From: Candidatus Auribacterota bacterium | Lineage (GTDB): Bacteria; Auribacterota; UBA6266 | Assembly (NCBI GenBank): GCA_023136205.1 | Contig: JAGLRQ010000076.1 | Location: forward strand, 1-29,724 | DNA length: 29,724 nucleotides | Direction: 5' to 3' | In this document: positions 28,559-29,724 of the stretch, one piece after another | Numbering within the stretch: position 1 is the first letter of the stretch | How the letters are laid out: every line of letters starts with the position of its first letter | Notes under the pieces: model-generated | The model's input: only the letters and a program-made list of their open reading frames with translations | Told to the model about the DNA's origin: nothing | Databases searched by the model: none | Made by a program: the position numbers and the translations under genes

Positions 28559-28601
28559 TTGCAACCTCAGATCCCGATTAAAACACACCCTGTAATAGGA
28601 T

Positions 28602-28635
28602 AAAAAAAAGAGCCGGTTTATACCAGCCCTTTTTT
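28602..28635 (-). terminator. Rho-independent terminator downstream of the LpxA-like gene
   Basis: Minus-strand RNA reads AAAAAA-GGGCUGG-UAUAAA-CCGGCUC-UUUUUUUU. That is a 7-bp stem (5 Watson-Crick pairs plus 2 G-U), a 6-nt loop and an 8-U tail. It starts 20 nt after the stop at 28655. Confidence 0.6.
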
Positions 28636-28654
28636 AAATAAAATTTATTATCTC

Positions 28655-29422
28655 CTAACAAACTCCTCTTTTGGAATTTTCTATAAAATCAATAAATTCT
28701 TTTGTCTCATTAGAAACAAAACCCAGGGATTTTATTTTTTCCAGAGCGTTATGTTTATTTGCCCCTTTCTTATAATATATTTTATATATTTCTTTCAACT
28801 CTTTTATCGCGTCTTTTGAAAAATTGTTTCTCTTCATCCCTACCGCATTAATCCCGTAAACTTCATTACGCTCTGCCACCATTGAAAAAGGAGAAACGTC
28901 TTTAGTAATACGGCTGTTGCCGCTAATCATTGAACACCGGCCTATCCTGCAAAACTGATGAATTACCACACCACCTGAGATAAACACCTGGTCAAAAACC
29001 CGGACATTGCCGGCAAGGAGCGAAGCATTTGCCATAACAACATTGTCGCCTACAATACAGTCATAAGCAATATGGGAACATGCCATAAGGAAATTATTGC
29101 TGCCGACCTTCGTTATCCCGCCTTCTTTCGCACTGCGATGAATGGTTACCATCTCCCTGACAGTATTCCCACTGCCTATCTTAAATGAAGAAAAAGATAC
29201 GCTGCTAAAGGTTAAATCCTGCGGAACATCTCCTATAACAGCACCGGTATGGATTAGATTATTTTCCCCTATCTCGCCACAGCCCATGATGTGAACATGA
29301 GGATATATCTTCGTACCTCTTCCAATCTCAATTTCTCCTTCAATAATCGCGTAAGCGCCAACTTCCACATTTTCCGCCAGCCTTACATTTCTACCAACAA
29401 TGGCCGTTGAATGTACACTCAT
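28655..29422 (-). CDS. LpxA-family left-handed beta-helix acyltransferase (UDP-GlcNAc O-acyltransferase homologue) with substitutions at catalytic positions
   Basis: Gap-free similarity to E. coli LpxA over the core: KVGSNNFLMACSHIAYDCIVGDNVVMANASLLAGNVRVFDQVFISGGVVIHQFCRIG versus [57 protein letters not shown]. The C-terminal helical domain is present (GMKRNNFSKDAIKELKEIYKIYY). E. coli His125 aligns with Tyr and His144 with Asn, so I give no gene symbol. Confidence 0.8.
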   Translation of the reverse strand: MSVHSTAIVGRNVRLAENVEVGAYAIIEGEIEIGRGTKIYPHVHIMGCGEIGENNLIHTGAVIGDVPQDLTFSSVSFSSFKIGSGNTVREMVTIHRSAKEGGITKVGSNNFLMACSHIAYDCIVGDNVVMANASLLAGNVRVFDQVFISGGVVIHQFCRIGRCSMISGNSRITKDVSPFSMVAERNEVYGINAVGMKRNNFSKDAIKELKEIYKIYYKKGANKHNALEKIKSLGFVSNETKEFIDFIENSKRGVC

Positions 29423-29425
29423 TCT

Positions 29426-29710
29426 CTAATACTCATTCTCCACGTTTTCTTCATTGGAAAGCTCAAATTCATCGTGAGTATCGTCTATTAACGCAATAAC
29501 CTCACCAACCTCAACATCATCGTCTTCCTTGAAATTTAACTGGGTGACTATTCCTGATTCAGGAGCAGGAATATTAAATGTCGCTTTATCTGTTGCAACC
29601 TCCACCAGGTCAGCATTTTTTTCAACCTGATCACCCTCTTCATAATGCCAGAAAGAAACTTTCGCTTTTTCTACACCATCTCCGAGTTCCGGAATAACCA
29701 CTTCAACCAT
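29426..29710 (-). CDS. Stand-alone lipoyl/biotinyl-attachment domain protein with an acidic C-terminal tail
   Basis: VVIPELGDGVEKAKVSFWHYEEGDQVEKNADLVEVATDKATFNIPAPESGIVTQL...VGEVIALI matches the E2/GcvH-type lipoyl domain, with the modifiable Lys in TDKA. The tail is DDTHDEFELSNEENVENEY. GGAGG RBS at 29720-29724. The stop lies 3 nt before the LpxA-like start. Confidence 0.7.
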   Translation of the reverse strand: MVEVVIPELGDGVEKAKVSFWHYEEGDQVEKNADLVEVATDKATFNIPAPESGIVTQLNFKEDDDVEVGEVIALIDDTHDEFELSNEENVENEY

Positions 29711-29724
29711 ACTCCCATTCCTCC

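Overview
Gene-dense, AT-rich bacterial chromosomal segment. It looks like a streamlined, uncultivated diderm-type lineage, but the taxon cannot be determined from this window. All 29 protein-coding genes and the one tRNA lie on the minus strand. Most genes are separated by 0-30 nt or overlap by 4 nt (ATGA, GTGA, TTGA). I found no CRISPR array, transposase, phage gene or recognisable defence gene.

Housekeeping content, in window order:
- aromatic amino-acid genes: DAHP synthase (partial), hisC-type aminotransferase, pheA
- scpB, scpA, trpS, an M50 site-2 protease
- a DHH-CBS-CCA-type nucleotidyltransferase, xerD, an MBL hydrolase, ligA
- acylphosphatase, tRNA-Pro(CGG), pcm

Three regions stand out.
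1. A tightly packed four-gene signalling operon at 6047-13182: PilZ-PilZ-SAM-methyltransferase, then a membrane HK-REC-HK dual kinase, then REC-HK, then REC-HD-GYP-pseudoreceiver. Its gene order and its unusual receiver-kinase middle component parallel the Ralstonia phcBSRQ methyl-ester quorum-sensing operon. Here it is additionally wired to c-di-GMP, with a PilZ input on the putative signal synthase and an HD-GYP output. This is my best candidate for an undescribed system.
2. An LpxA-like hexapeptide acyltransferase at 28655-29422. The residue aligning with the E. coli catalytic base His125 is Tyr and His144 is Asn. An orphan lipoyl-domain protein is coupled upstream, an intrinsic terminator follows, and a separate glycolipid-type cassette (GT28/MGDG-synthase-like, LpxL/PatA-like acyltransferase, GT2) lies downstream.
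3. A translationally coupled block at 19576-24048: two ABC-2 permeases, an ATPase, a TPR-like membrane protein, a metallophosphoesterase and a VanZ-like protein.

All functional calls come from motif reading of the translated ORFs. No database search was possible.
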